NCBI GenBank assembly: GCA_900128585.1
Contig: LT642200.1
Location: forward strand, 1-35,186
Direction of reading: 5' to 3'
Source: Stramenopiles sp. TOSAG23-3
Lineage: Eukaryota
DNA length: 35,186 nucleotides
Under the pieces are notes generated by a model, which was given only the letters and a program-made list of their open reading frames with translations, was not told the origin of the DNA and did not search any database. Both the position numbers and the translations under genes were made by a program. Of this stretch, positions 1 through 9,165 are shown piece after piece. The stretch's first letter is position 1, and the number at the start of each line of letters is the position of its first letter.

Positions 1-426
1 GACGGTACGTACGATATCCGTTTTGTAGATGGTGAACGTAAATCGGGAGTAAAGAAAAAGCAAATCAAGACAAAAGAGATACCGAAGGAAAGTGATATGA
101 GCGCGTTTCGTAAGAAGAGCAATGTGGGTGTTAAATCTCGTGGTAATTCAAGGCGGAAAAAATATTATAAAGGTCAAACCGTTATGGTCAGTAATTCAGA
201 TGGTCGATTTACGAAAGAAGCATCCATTAAAAAAGTCAATGTAGATGGGACGTATGATGTTTTGTATAGAAGCAGTGGTGAGCGGGAATTGCAGCTTCCG
301 TCACATAGAATTAAAGAGAAAGGTGGTGGAAGTTTGAAAAGTTCTGGTCGTTCTGGCTTATCGTCTCTGGAGCCGTTAGGGGAGTTGGAGGAAGTCGAAG
401 AGGATGAAGTTGAGGATGCTTGGTAA
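1..426 (+). CDS. 5'-truncated protein with Tudor/Agenet-like repeats (C-terminal part)
   Basis: Frame 1 is open from base 1 (DGTYDIRFVDGERKSGVKKKQIK...) to TAA at 424-426. A second related unit follows (YYKGQTVMV...IKKVNVDGTYDVLYRSSGERE). The DGTYD[IV]x[YF]xDGE pattern resembles Tudor/Agenet-like beta-barrel repeats. Acidic C-terminal tail. Confidence 0.6.
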   Translation, partial: DGTYDIRFVDGERKSGVKKKQIKTKEIPKESDMSAFRKKSNVGVKSRGNSRRKKYYKGQTVMVSNSDGRFTKEASIKKVNVDGTYDVLYRSSGERELQLPSHRIKEKGGGSLKSSGRSGLSSLEPLGELEEVEEDEVEDAW

Positions 427-644
427 ATTCTTAAAGTTCTTTAATTTATTGAATCTTAATTTAGATAAAAAAACAAATTATATAATCTATATATATATTA
501 TTGACTAAAACATACTATAAAAATATAATTTGTTTTTATACTACCTTCATGTACTGCGTATTTATTTCTGCTCCTGTGGTTTTCTTGATCAAAAATTAAT
601 AACTGGCGTGCGTAATTTTGTTTAAAACTTTTGTATGAGCTGTT

Positions 645-2894
645 TTAACTGAATTTAAAGAGGAACGTATCCTGCTCCGTATTTACCATCTTCTTAAATT
701 TTCCAGAACCAACAATACTTTCAATTTGAAATGTATCGTACTTTGTGAACAAAGTTGTTACTTGCGGGGACGATTGGTCTTGCACAACCAAGTTGCCAAG
801 ATCACCATAGAATCGAGATGGCGGCGCATAAAATATTAAATTTTTCACCCCACGGATGGTGATGCGGTTGTAGTGATGGAACCGCTCTGTGACAAGCAAC
901 AGTCTAGATTTGCCATGATAAAACGCTCCACGTTGGCGTGTAATTTCAGACGGCTCTGAGTATTCGGACAAAATACCGGGAGATAGATTTTCGTCTTTGA
1001 ATTTTTTCTTTAATCGCAGAAAATCGTAGTACGATGGTATAAACAGCATTGTCCCTGTGTTCTTTTGAGACGGGACAAACGCCTCTTCGTCCGTATCTAA
1101 CCCTTGGCAGATCCGACGAAGCCGTGGGAATACATTCTTGAGAAAATATTTAAAGCGGCTATCATCTGAGTTTACAGGCCCTCCTAACACTTCTATGCGT
1201 CGGAAAAGATGCTTTGTCTTTGGCAAAACCTCTGTAATTTCTCCATCCTGAAACCATTGTCGTACTTTCATGCATCCTGAGATATTATGGCATTTTTTTC
1301 CCATGAGAGAGTTTAATCTGACGTCCATGTGATCGGAAAATACGATCGTCTGCCGCAATTTGTTTCCTTCACTATTCAGAAACTGCGGCAATACCCTAGA
1401 GAAGTCTGTCCCTTCGCGGTGCGACGTCGGGATCGAGTTTGCAATCTCAACAATATCTTGCAAATGTCGCCAGTTTTGCATCAAAATAGCAGATGCATTT
1501 TCGATAACAATCATCTCTAACGAAGACAAAAAGTCAGAGTCATTTTCCATCAAAATTCTTAAACCAAGCGGGGACGCGATTATGATGTCCGAGTCATAGA
1601 AGTCGCTGTATAGCTTACATGTTTTCCGTGCCAAAGAAATGCCTATTCGAAAAGCATCGTCGTTATTTTTTGCAAACAATTCTATCCAATCTTCAGGTTT
1701 CCGGCTACCGTCACGATTGTACTCCAATTTTCTTCGACCCAGTTCATCCTTTTCATCTTCTTCCTCTGTCAATCCGAACTCTAGATGAAATTTTCTTTTG
1801 TTCATTATGTTGGAAATGGTTGCTGGCAGCACTGACAAAAACGAGTTGATAAATGTCTCTGCCGTAGCTCGAACTGGGAGTAAGACTAAGACTCGCGGTC
1901 GAGTAAAACCTTGATCTCTTAAATTGCCCAAACTTCCAGAATTATCAATATCTTCGTCGCGATCCTCTATCCGCGTTGGCAGTTCGCTTGCTGGAACGGA
2001 CAGCATCTCTGCGTTTGCTTTGGCGCGTGCCTCCAATCGCCTCTTTTTTTTATCTCTGCTCCGCTGTTTTCTTTCGCGTTCTTTCTCTGCAGCAGACATA
2101 GGCACCTTTTTTATGCCTTTCTCGCTCGCAACTCTTGCCTGCACAGTAATATGATCGCGATGTTGTTTGGAGGCAATCCCTGCCATTTTTATTTTGCTGT
2201 TGTTCTTCACTACGATGTCCCGCGCTTTCATGATGTGGTTGACAATGTGCAGGTTGACTATATCCCGTAATTGCGAAGGAAAAGAATCTTCTTCCCGCCT
2301 AGCTGAGAACAGCACATCTTTATAATCGTTAAATGTAGAAAACAATCTTGACTGCAGGGGTGTGAACGCCTTCTCCCCACTTCCTCCGCCAAGGTATTGC
2401 CGAAGTGGTGAGGTAGACACCCAGTGCGCTTTCAGTCTTGGTTTGAGGTGTTCAAAAATACTCTCTTCGGGCTGTTTGGTGGACTGGATAAATTCTTTTG
2501 TGTTAATTCTGTTTTTCTGTGACTTGGCAATCTTTCTATCGAACAAACTTTCGCCCATTCGAACGCTTAGAAATCGTTTTTTAAAGTTATCATTAGAAGG
2601 CAGGGGTACCTCGCTCGGCTCGGCCTTGGTATCGGCTGGGTCTTCTTCTTCTGAGCTTGACTCCGACGCTTCTGAGACAGATTGACTGCCAGAACCTAGA
2701 TCTTTCTGAACTTGACCTGGAGTGCAATTTTCAACATTTTCATATGTATACTCGTCCTCAGACTCCGATTCAGAGCCAGTGCCATCGTATTCATGAACCC
2801 GTGAGCGTTTCCCCGTGACTTGTTTCAACAGCTGATTGTACGCTCCATCGTCACTGTCGCTATCCTCCCCATTTGAGGAAGAAGAAAACGACAT
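645..2894 (-). CDS. UTP25: U3 snoRNA-associated protein 25 / digestive organ expansion factor (DUF1253)
   Basis: 749-aa single ORF with family motifs LRDQGFTRPRVLVLLP, NDDAFRIGI, LYSDFYDSDIIIASPLGLR, DFLSSLEMIVI...LMQNWRH, LFIPSYYDFLRL and LLLVTERFHHY; acidic N-terminus. Confidence 0.95.
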   Translation of the reverse strand: MSFSSSSNGEDSDSDDGAYNQLLKQVTGKRSRVHEYDGTGSESESEDEYTYENVENCTPGQVQKDLGSGSQSVSEASESSSEEEDPADTKAEPSEVPLPSNDNFKKRFLSVRMGESLFDRKIAKSQKNRINTKEFIQSTKQPEESIFEHLKPRLKAHWVSTSPLRQYLGGGSGEKAFTPLQSRLFSTFNDYKDVLFSARREEDSFPSQLRDIVNLHIVNHIMKARDIVVKNNSKIKMAGIASKQHRDHITVQARVASEKGIKKVPMSAAEKERERKQRSRDKKKRRLEARAKANAEMLSVPASELPTRIEDRDEDIDNSGSLGNLRDQGFTRPRVLVLLPVRATAETFINSFLSVLPATISNIMNKRKFHLEFGLTEEEDEKDELGRRKLEYNRDGSRKPEDWIELFAKNNDDAFRIGISLARKTCKLYSDFYDSDIIIASPLGLRILMENDSDFLSSLEMIVIENASAILMQNWRHLQDIVEIANSIPTSHREGTDFSRVLPQFLNSEGNKLRQTIVFSDHMDVRLNSLMGKKCHNISGCMKVRQWFQDGEITEVLPKTKHLFRRIEVLGGPVNSDDSRFKYFLKNVFPRLRRICQGLDTDEEAFVPSQKNTGTMLFIPSYYDFLRLKKKFKDENLSPGILSEYSEPSEITRQRGAFYHGKSRLLLVTERFHHYNRITIRGVKNLIFYAPPSRFYGDLGNLVVQDQSSPQVTTLFTKYDTFQIESIVGSGKFKKMVNTEQDTFLFKFS

Positions 2895-3208
2895 GGGAAC
2901 TAACTTGTTTCTCTTTTCAAGCGTATCGGATCACTCTTATCAAAAATATCGTTGAGTAGCCTAATCAAAATTATTTCGGTACCATCAAATACTATGTTTA
3001 ATCTCTTGGAGTATTTTTAGTAAATGTTGATCAAGAATATAAACGAACACGGACCAGAATTGTAACACATACAAAAAATATTATTATTTATTTATTTATT
3101 TATTGCCCATCACATCTCGTGGTGCATCGGTGCATCCTCCTAAAATAATAATAGGACTAATAATAATACAATAATGAATAATAGCAGATTTATCATCTTT
3201 TAGCTAAC

Positions 3209-3258
3209 TACGGTACCAGGTATAATAATATAATACCTGGTATTACCTGTACCGGTAC
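3209..3258. promoter_or_regulatory. Palindromic GGTA/TACC upstream element (copy A)
   Basis: Inverted repeat TACCAGGTAT (3214-3223) / ATACCTGGTA (3233-3242) followed by GTACCGGTAC, about 320 bp upstream of UTP25. TACGGTACCAGGTAT (15 bp) is identical to 33320-33334. Regulatory role is inferred. Confidence 0.45.
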
Positions 3259-3572
3259 AACGTACAACACCCTGCAAAAACAAAAAAAATGAAGAAGAAG
3301 AAGTAGTTTTTTGTTTGTGTGTTGTGTTGTTGTTGTTGTATATATTTGGTGGATGGTGCTCTTTCGCTAAATAAATTGTATTTATTTGTTTTGTATCAGC
3401 TCATAATAGGGACATAGCATTTGGAATAAAGGCCACCACATTCTTTTGGTACACTGTATACCCTTGGTAGTACAGGAATAATTTTAATTATGAAAATACT
3501 TAGTAATAATTAAATTATTAATTATAATAAATCATGATCGATAGCTACAACCTCCCCTCCAGTCACATCTCA

Positions 3573-4769
3573 TCACGGCAATGTTAAAACATCAATTTTT
3601 CGTTTATGATTGTTCTTTTGCATTCCCTTGTATAAACCCTCGCTTAGGCTGTTGGCGGTTGAATTTCTAGCTTTGGAAACTATCAATTTTCCTGAAAGAC
3701 CATTCCCCCCTTTGCTCTCTTCGTTAATTTCGTATTTGTAGACCGCAAACGATTCTTTGTTGACCGACATCCCAGCGGCGCACAGCACAGTGCCATCCAC
3801 GGATTGAAGCGCAACGATGCTGGACAAAGACTGAAGGTCGGTGAGCTTCAGGTACACCATGTCCTTTAATTCGGAAATTTTTTCGCCTGTCTTTTCCATT
3901 TTAAACCGAACAACCGTGTTGGTACCATCAAACCTCACAAAAAAATCGCAGCTGTCAGATGTCTTGACGTTGCCTTGGCTTTCCGCCGCTACAATCTCAC
4001 GCACAACAATACCCTCTGGCAAGGGGTTCTCCGAAGAAGATCCTGCACCATCGGCCAGTCTCGAACTTTGTGGCTCCAAGTCGAACGCATCAAAACACAA
4101 CACTTCTTTCCCCTCAGCTATGTTGAAACAGCGGATGGAACCATCACCACTAGATGACAAAATATAATTATCGTCGAACGGAACGGCTAGCACACACGTT
4201 ACAAATGCCGTGTGGCCCAGGCAAAAGGAATGGATGAGGTGGGTCCTCGGGAAGTGTGTGACCCTAACTTGCTCGTCTCGGTCCCCAGTCAGCAAAAAGT
4301 TTCCATTGTTGGAAAACGCAACCGTCGTGATCATGGAGCAGGAGTGCGTCACCAACGTTTTATACAATGTCTTCATTTTATTTTCATTTTCACTGGGAGC
4401 AACGGCTGGAAACGCACCTACCTCGCCGTTGTTCATCCCTACGACGATTATTTTCGTACCAAACATACTATGAAAATGAAGGGAAACCGCTTTTTTGCGT
4501 ACCGTGGTCGAGTTTATTGGCACCAAGATAGCCCCATCGTCGCAATCTTTAACTTCCCAAAGAATTAATTTCTTTTCCGTGTCTACGGATCCTATAAGCC
4601 CGTCTTCAAAAGCAAGAGCTGTTATACTTTCGCTATGGGTAATGGGTGAATCCTGCACTTTTGAAACCACAGAATCGCTTCCCAAATCGATGACGGAAAC
4701 GCTTGCTTCGTGAGAGAAAGCAAGGTAGGCTTTCGAGTCGTGGGAGGATTTGCGGATGGAGAGATTCAT
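3573..4769 (-). CDS. TRM82: tRNA (guanine-N7)-methyltransferase non-catalytic WD40 subunit
   Basis: WD40 repeats plus the Trm82/WDR4 signature LLTGDRDEQVRVTHFP...IHSFCLGHTAFVT...ILSSSGDGSIRCFN; start context ACCATG. Confidence 0.9.
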   Translation of the reverse strand: MNLSIRKSSHDSKAYLAFSHEASVSVIDLGSDSVVSKVQDSPITHSESITALAFEDGLIGSVDTEKKLILWEVKDCDDGAILVPINSTTVRKKAVSLHFHSMFGTKIIVVGMNNGEVGAFPAVAPSENENKMKTLYKTLVTHSCSMITTVAFSNNGNFLLTGDRDEQVRVTHFPRTHLIHSFCLGHTAFVTCVLAVPFDDNYILSSSGDGSIRCFNIAEGKEVLCFDAFDLEPQSSRLADGAGSSSENPLPEGIVVREIVAAESQGNVKTSDSCDFFVRFDGTNTVVRFKMEKTGEKISELKDMVYLKLTDLQSLSSIVALQSVDGTVLCAAGMSVNKESFAVYKYEINEESKGGNGLSGKLIVSKARNSTANSLSEGLYKGMQKNNHKRKIDVLTLP

Positions 4770-4777
4770 GGTAAAAT

Positions 4778-5041
4778 TTACGATTTCTCTTTCACAGCAG
4801 TTTCAGCAGGTTTCGACGGAACGATTGCGGGAATATTACACTGAAAATCAGCCCCTATACGCGTCCCAGACTTTCTAGTTTTCAACCACTGCTTTTTATA
4901 GTCGCCTTTCTTTTTTTTCTTCGGCACAGGAAAGTTGACCTGTGGTGGTGCGTCCAGGGGGCTGGTGTCTGCTGACGATATATCGCTGTGCTCTCGTTTT
5001 GCCTTGCCGCTGTTCTCTTCTGTAGTTGCTAAAGAACTCAT
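4778..5041 (-). CDS. Small basic protein (87 aa) with ELM2-like motif and putative NLS
   Basis: MSSLATTEEN...PKKKKK...TRIGADFQCNIP. The last motif resembles the ELM2 N-terminal consensus (IRVGxxYQAxIP). Composition is coding-like. An in-frame ATG at 5119 is an alternative start. Confidence 0.55.
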   Translation of the reverse strand: MSSLATTEENSGKAKREHSDISSADTSPLDAPPQVNFPVPKKKKKGDYKKQWLKTRKSGTRIGADFQCNIPAIVPSKPAETAVKEKS

Positions 5042-5400
5042 TATACATGTAAGATTTAACTCGTCTTGTTGTCTGAATGTATATAAATCTACTACCGTAC
5101 ACGGAACATTTGAAACCATCTATATTACAAGGAACGTATCCTTCTATAATATAGACGATTATAATATTTAATTACATTCTTCATTTTTTTTTGTCTCCTC
5201 CTCCTCCATCCGGAAAGAGGACGGATGATGATGATGGAGAAGAAGAAGAAGAAGGTGATGATGATGGAGAGTCGTCTGTCGGTGGTGGTGTCCTGTTTCG
5301 TTGTTCTTGTTTTTTTTCTTGTTCATTATTGGATGATGATGGAGTTCGAAGATAGTTAGAGGAGGTTAAAATTTCATTTTATTATTTAATATTATTAATA

Positions 5401-5457
5401 CAGTACGGCACCGTACGAACCCAACCGGGTGATAATACCTACCGGTACCATGGTAGG
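5401..5457. promoter_or_regulatory. GGTA/TACC-rich cluster in divergent intergenic region
   Basis: GTACGGCACCGTAC and ATACCTACCGGTACCATGGTAG lie between the divergent starts at 5041 (-) and 5774 (+); same motif family as 3209 and 33320. Confidence 0.35.
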
Positions 5458-5773
5458 GAAGGGGAGCAGGGAGCGTTTTGTATTTTTTACCACAGGTGCA
5501 CAGGTGTATGAGCGCTATTGTTTGTGCGTGTGGTGCGGGGTGCGGGATTGGATTTTTATAGACCGACTACTATTTTATTCTACCGTACCTTGGTATCACA
5601 GTCCTCGTAGACGAGATCGATTTATAATTTCTTTGCATTATTCAAATATATACCAAATTGTATATGAGAAAATGAAATGCAACAAACGAAAGTACATTTA
5701 TAATCAAGTTTAATTTAATTTAGAGGCACAAGCGACTCTTCTTTTCTGGCAACCTTTTGTTGCATAAAGGAGA

Positions 5774-8700
5774 ATGCAAGGAGGGAAATATAACTGGCAA
5801 CACTTGGAGGCCGAGGACCGGGAAAGGCAGGGGTTGCTTGCTGTTTTGGGGGATGAAGCTTGCCAGTGCCCTGGCTGCGGGTTTGTTATAGTAAAAAATG
5901 GAGGTGACCATCAGATGATGTGCGGCTGTGAAGCGAAGCCAGCGGGGGGGACGATGGAGAAGGCATTGCGTGGGGGGGGCTGCGGCCACCAGTTTGATTT
6001 CAGAAACGGGAACCCTCTGGGGGAGGGGAAAATGGGTGAGCCTGTGAACGAGCGCCAGTGGAAGTTTATACCCCGCAACCAAAGGGCTAACCCCGACCGT
6101 TACCTTATAAGAATGGCTGAACAGCGAGATCGGCAGCAGAGAGATATCGCAGAGCAGGCGCGACGGAAAAATGAAGAGGAGCGTGTGAAGAGAGAGCAAG
6201 CGGCAAAGCGGAAAGTGAAAAATGCGGCGGCCGAAAAAATGCTGCATGACAAAACGCCGGTAAATTTTATCCTTCGAGAAGCAGTGGAAGTGATGGCAAA
6301 GGTGGTCAAACACATGGTCACCCCGATGGACTTGCCGCACGAACTCGACCTGCTGCAGCTTCTGCAAGGCGGCGACAAACGAAATCGCTGTTCCAACTGC
6401 CAAGGGAGTGGAAAAGATACCAATCGTGGCGCCAAAGTCGGCGAACGTGGGGGAGAGAAAGAACAAGCGCCAAAAGCAGCGTCGTCCACGCTGCACCTGG
6501 AAAATGAAGAGCTGCTAGCGTCCATCAAGGCCATCTACCACGACGCAGATATGACTAGGAATACAAAAGTACGAAAAGTCATGCTTTTGAAAAATATAGA
6601 TGCCAGACTGAAGCAGAAAATTGTGTCCTCTATTTTGAGTGGAAAAGAGCTCCAGCTGACTTCGTGTCCACAGCAGCTGAATCCCGAGTACGAGAACGGT
6701 GGCGCTTCGAGCGGAGCGAAGCGAAGCGCGGGGGCGAAGTTCGAGGATGACTATGATTTGCTGCACCGGGCGGGATCGCACTCGTCCAGCTTGGCGACAT
6801 GGCTGTATATGAGCAATAAGGGGGAGTTTGAAATTTATGACCCAAAAACAAACAGTGTGCTCGAAGAAGCTTATGCCTCCGGCGGCAGAGGCACGATAGT
6901 CCAGATTCAAGGTCCACATTCCGAATACATAATCGACCTGGCAGAATTGATGCAAATTAATGTAGGTACGGGGGAAAAAGTGTCCATTCTTCGGGTAGCC
7001 GGCGACGAGAACGACAATCACACAAAACATACGGAGAAAAATTCTCGGGACGCACGCATTATGGTCCTGGTTCGGGGCGCATCTCTGGAGCAAGAGTTCG
7101 AGGACTCTTCCGGGGAAGAAGACAACGAGTTTGCGATCGCCGAAAAGGAAGAGCCTGCCACGTGGATATTCGATTTGGGCGGAGGAAACTGGGACCTGTT
7201 TACAAACGATTCGGCGACCCTGTGCGAAAGGAACTGTAGGGAGAACGCGATGTCTCTAGAAATTGACCTTTTCAACCCCAAGGGTCGGTTTAAGATCAGC
7301 TTTGCGGACATGAACATGAAGCGGTTGCCGCAGCACGAGGGACCGCCCATCGCCATTCGAAGGTTGGGGGACCCCATCCCAGAGAAGAAAAAAGTGGAGC
7401 AAAAGCCGAAAGCGAAGGTTGACAAAAACGCCCATGCGAACACAAGAGGGAGGGCACTGAAACGGCGCAGGGAGAAGCTGTTGCAGTCAATGACCCCGAC
7501 CACAGGGGTGAGCGCCACAGTTGTATACCCGACCTTGTCGATGAAAGAAAGGAGGTATGCGTGCCAAGTTTGCCGGGGGACGGGGAAGACGTCCCACTAT
7601 ATGACTCCAAGGGATTGTTCCGCGGTTGCAAGGGCAATGAGCGTCGAGCGGGATGGCAAGTACGATTGTTTGGTATGCTATGGAGATGGGGAATTCTGCC
7701 TTTCCGAGGAATGCGGAAGGCACTATTACTGCGGGGACTGCCTGCGAGGGTCGCTTGAAGCCATCCTGAACACCGGGCAATTCCCGGCGTTTTGCCCTGC
7801 GTGCCGCGCAGAGTCGGGAGCCAACAGTGCCAAACCAGTGAACCACGGAAAAATAGACGAAGCATCGCTGGCATTTCTACAAATGCGAGGGGTCATCAGC
7901 GTCAAGTTGTTCAACCGCTTTCTGAGCGGTGCAATACGAGCGCAGACGGCCGGAGGGGAAGTGATGGCCAACGATGGTGACGGTGACAACGAGGGCGAAG
8001 TTTCCATTGGCATGAATAATGACGATGTCAGGGGAACGTGGAGGCTGATAGCGAAGAGCTGGAATTTGCGAAGTGTGCCACATAGTCGAGCCGGAAGCCA
8101 GGTTGTGCGCGTTCTTAAGAAAGGCTACGAGGTAAAAGTGAAACGGCATATTAAGAAAGACTGGTGCCTTCTCTCGGGGCCTGCGGAAGTGAAGAATCGC
8201 TACATAAAGTTGAGGTCGTCCAGTCACAGGGCCCGTTCATGGGAACACATTAAAAAGGTGAAAACAGGGGCTAAAAAGCTGCGAGACGGTAAAGGCAAAG
8301 GAGGCAATGAAGCCTGCGACAGCAAGCGGTCGTTTGAATGCCCAGGGAAGTGTGGCGCTTTTCTGTTATCAAACCACAAAAGTTATGTGGAAAAACGAAT
8401 GGGGGAGTTTTATGAACAAGGGGACAAAATTGGCCTAAGGCTGGGGGAGTGCCCACAATGCAACGCCCTCATTTGCAAGCGTTGCACAGCATGTGTGCCG
8501 AGCAACGATGTCTGCCACGTCTGCCCAAAAGCAAAGTTGCAAAAGAACGACAAAGCAACAGAACAGTGGATGCGAAAGATTTGTAAGAAGTGCCCCGGGT
8601 GTGGTCAGTATGTACAAAAAACTGAAGGGTGTGACATTATGATGTGCGGCACAAATGCCCATGGGAAGGTCAGAGATGCATTAAGAAACGGTGGGTGCGC

Positions 8701-8830
8701 CCTCATATTTAGCTGGAAGAACCTGAAAGAATGTAATGATGGTCACGGGTACACTGGGATGGATGGCAAATGGCACAAAGGGAAAGGTCCAGTTACAGAC
8801 CGGCAGGTTTTGCTCCGTGGGAAAAAATAA
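5774..8830 (+). CDS. RBR-type E3 ubiquitin ligase with tandem WWE domains and duplicated Rcat-like domain
   Basis: RING1 (CLVC...C..H..C..C...CPAC, ~7667-7804), IBR (CPGKC...CPQC...CKRC...HVC, ~8339-8525) and Rcat (CPGC...KTEGCDIMMC...GGC, from ~8582). Two WWE-like domains (ATWLYM...YDPKTNSVLEEAY...YIIDLAELMQINVGTG ~6794-6997; ATWIFDLGGGNW ~7157-7366). N-terminal Rcat-like copy at 5861-6010. Confidence 0.8.
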   Translation: MQGGKYNWQHLEAEDRERQGLLAVLGDEACQCPGCGFVIVKNGGDHQMMCGCEAKPAGGTMEKALRGGGCGHQFDFRNGNPLGEGKMGEPVNERQWKFIPRNQRANPDRYLIRMAEQRDRQQRDIAEQARRKNEEERVKREQAAKRKVKNAAAEKMLHDKTPVNFILREAVEVMAKVVKHMVTPMDLPHELDLLQLLQGGDKRNRCSNCQGSGKDTNRGAKVGERGGEKEQAPKAASSTLHLENEELLASIKAIYHDADMTRNTKVRKVMLLKNIDARLKQKIVSSILSGKELQLTSCPQQLNPEYENGGASSGAKRSAGAKFEDDYDLLHRAGSHSSSLATWLYMSNKGEFEIYDPKTNSVLEEAYASGGRGTIVQIQGPHSEYIIDLAELMQINVGTGEKVSILRVAGDENDNHTKHTEKNSRDARIMVLVRGASLEQEFEDSSGEEDNEFAIAEKEEPATWIFDLGGGNWDLFTNDSATLCERNCRENAMSLEIDLFNPKGRFKISFADMNMKRLPQHEGPPIAIRRLGDPIPEKKKVEQKPKAKVDKNAHANTRGRALKRRREKLLQSMTPTTGVSATVVYPTLSMKERRYACQVCRGTGKTSHYMTPRDCSAVARAMSVERDGKYDCLVCYGDGEFCLSEECGRHYYCGDCLRGSLEAILNTGQFPAFCPACRAESGANSAKPVNHGKIDEASLAFLQMRGVISVKLFNRFLSGAIRAQTAGGEVMANDGDGDNEGEVSIGMNNDDVRGTWRLIAKSWNLRSVPHSRAGSQVVRVLKKGYEVKVKRHIKKDWCLLSGPAEVKNRYIKLRSSSHRARSWEHIKKVKTGAKKLRDGKGKGGNEACDSKRSFECPGKCGAFLLSNHKSYVEKRMGEFYEQGDKIGLRLGECPQCNALICKRCTACVPSNDVCHVCPKAKLQKNDKATEQWMRKICKKCPGCGQYVQKTEGCDIMMCGTNAHGKVRDALRNGGCALIFSWKNLKECNDGHGYTGMDGKWHKGKGPVTDRQVLLRGKK

Positions 8831-9165
8831 TAAAAAAATATTATTTGTGATAAATATAATTTCTAATAAATTATTACAACAACAGAGCAGCCAGCGTCGT
8901 CATCATTTATTTATTTTTCAGCATACTACTACTATATCTATATTATATCTTCTCATCGTCACAACACAGAAGACGAGAAGACGACTACTGCAAATTGTTT
9001 AGATTTGTTTTAGTAAACTACAAGAAAAAGAGATCGCAAACAGAAGAAGATTGTGAAATAAAATGCGTACATTCGTATTGGTTCCATTCAATAACGTTAG
9101 TTAACAAACGGGAAAACAGCCATCCAAGGGATAACTGAATTCATAACGACATCAATACGCGAACA

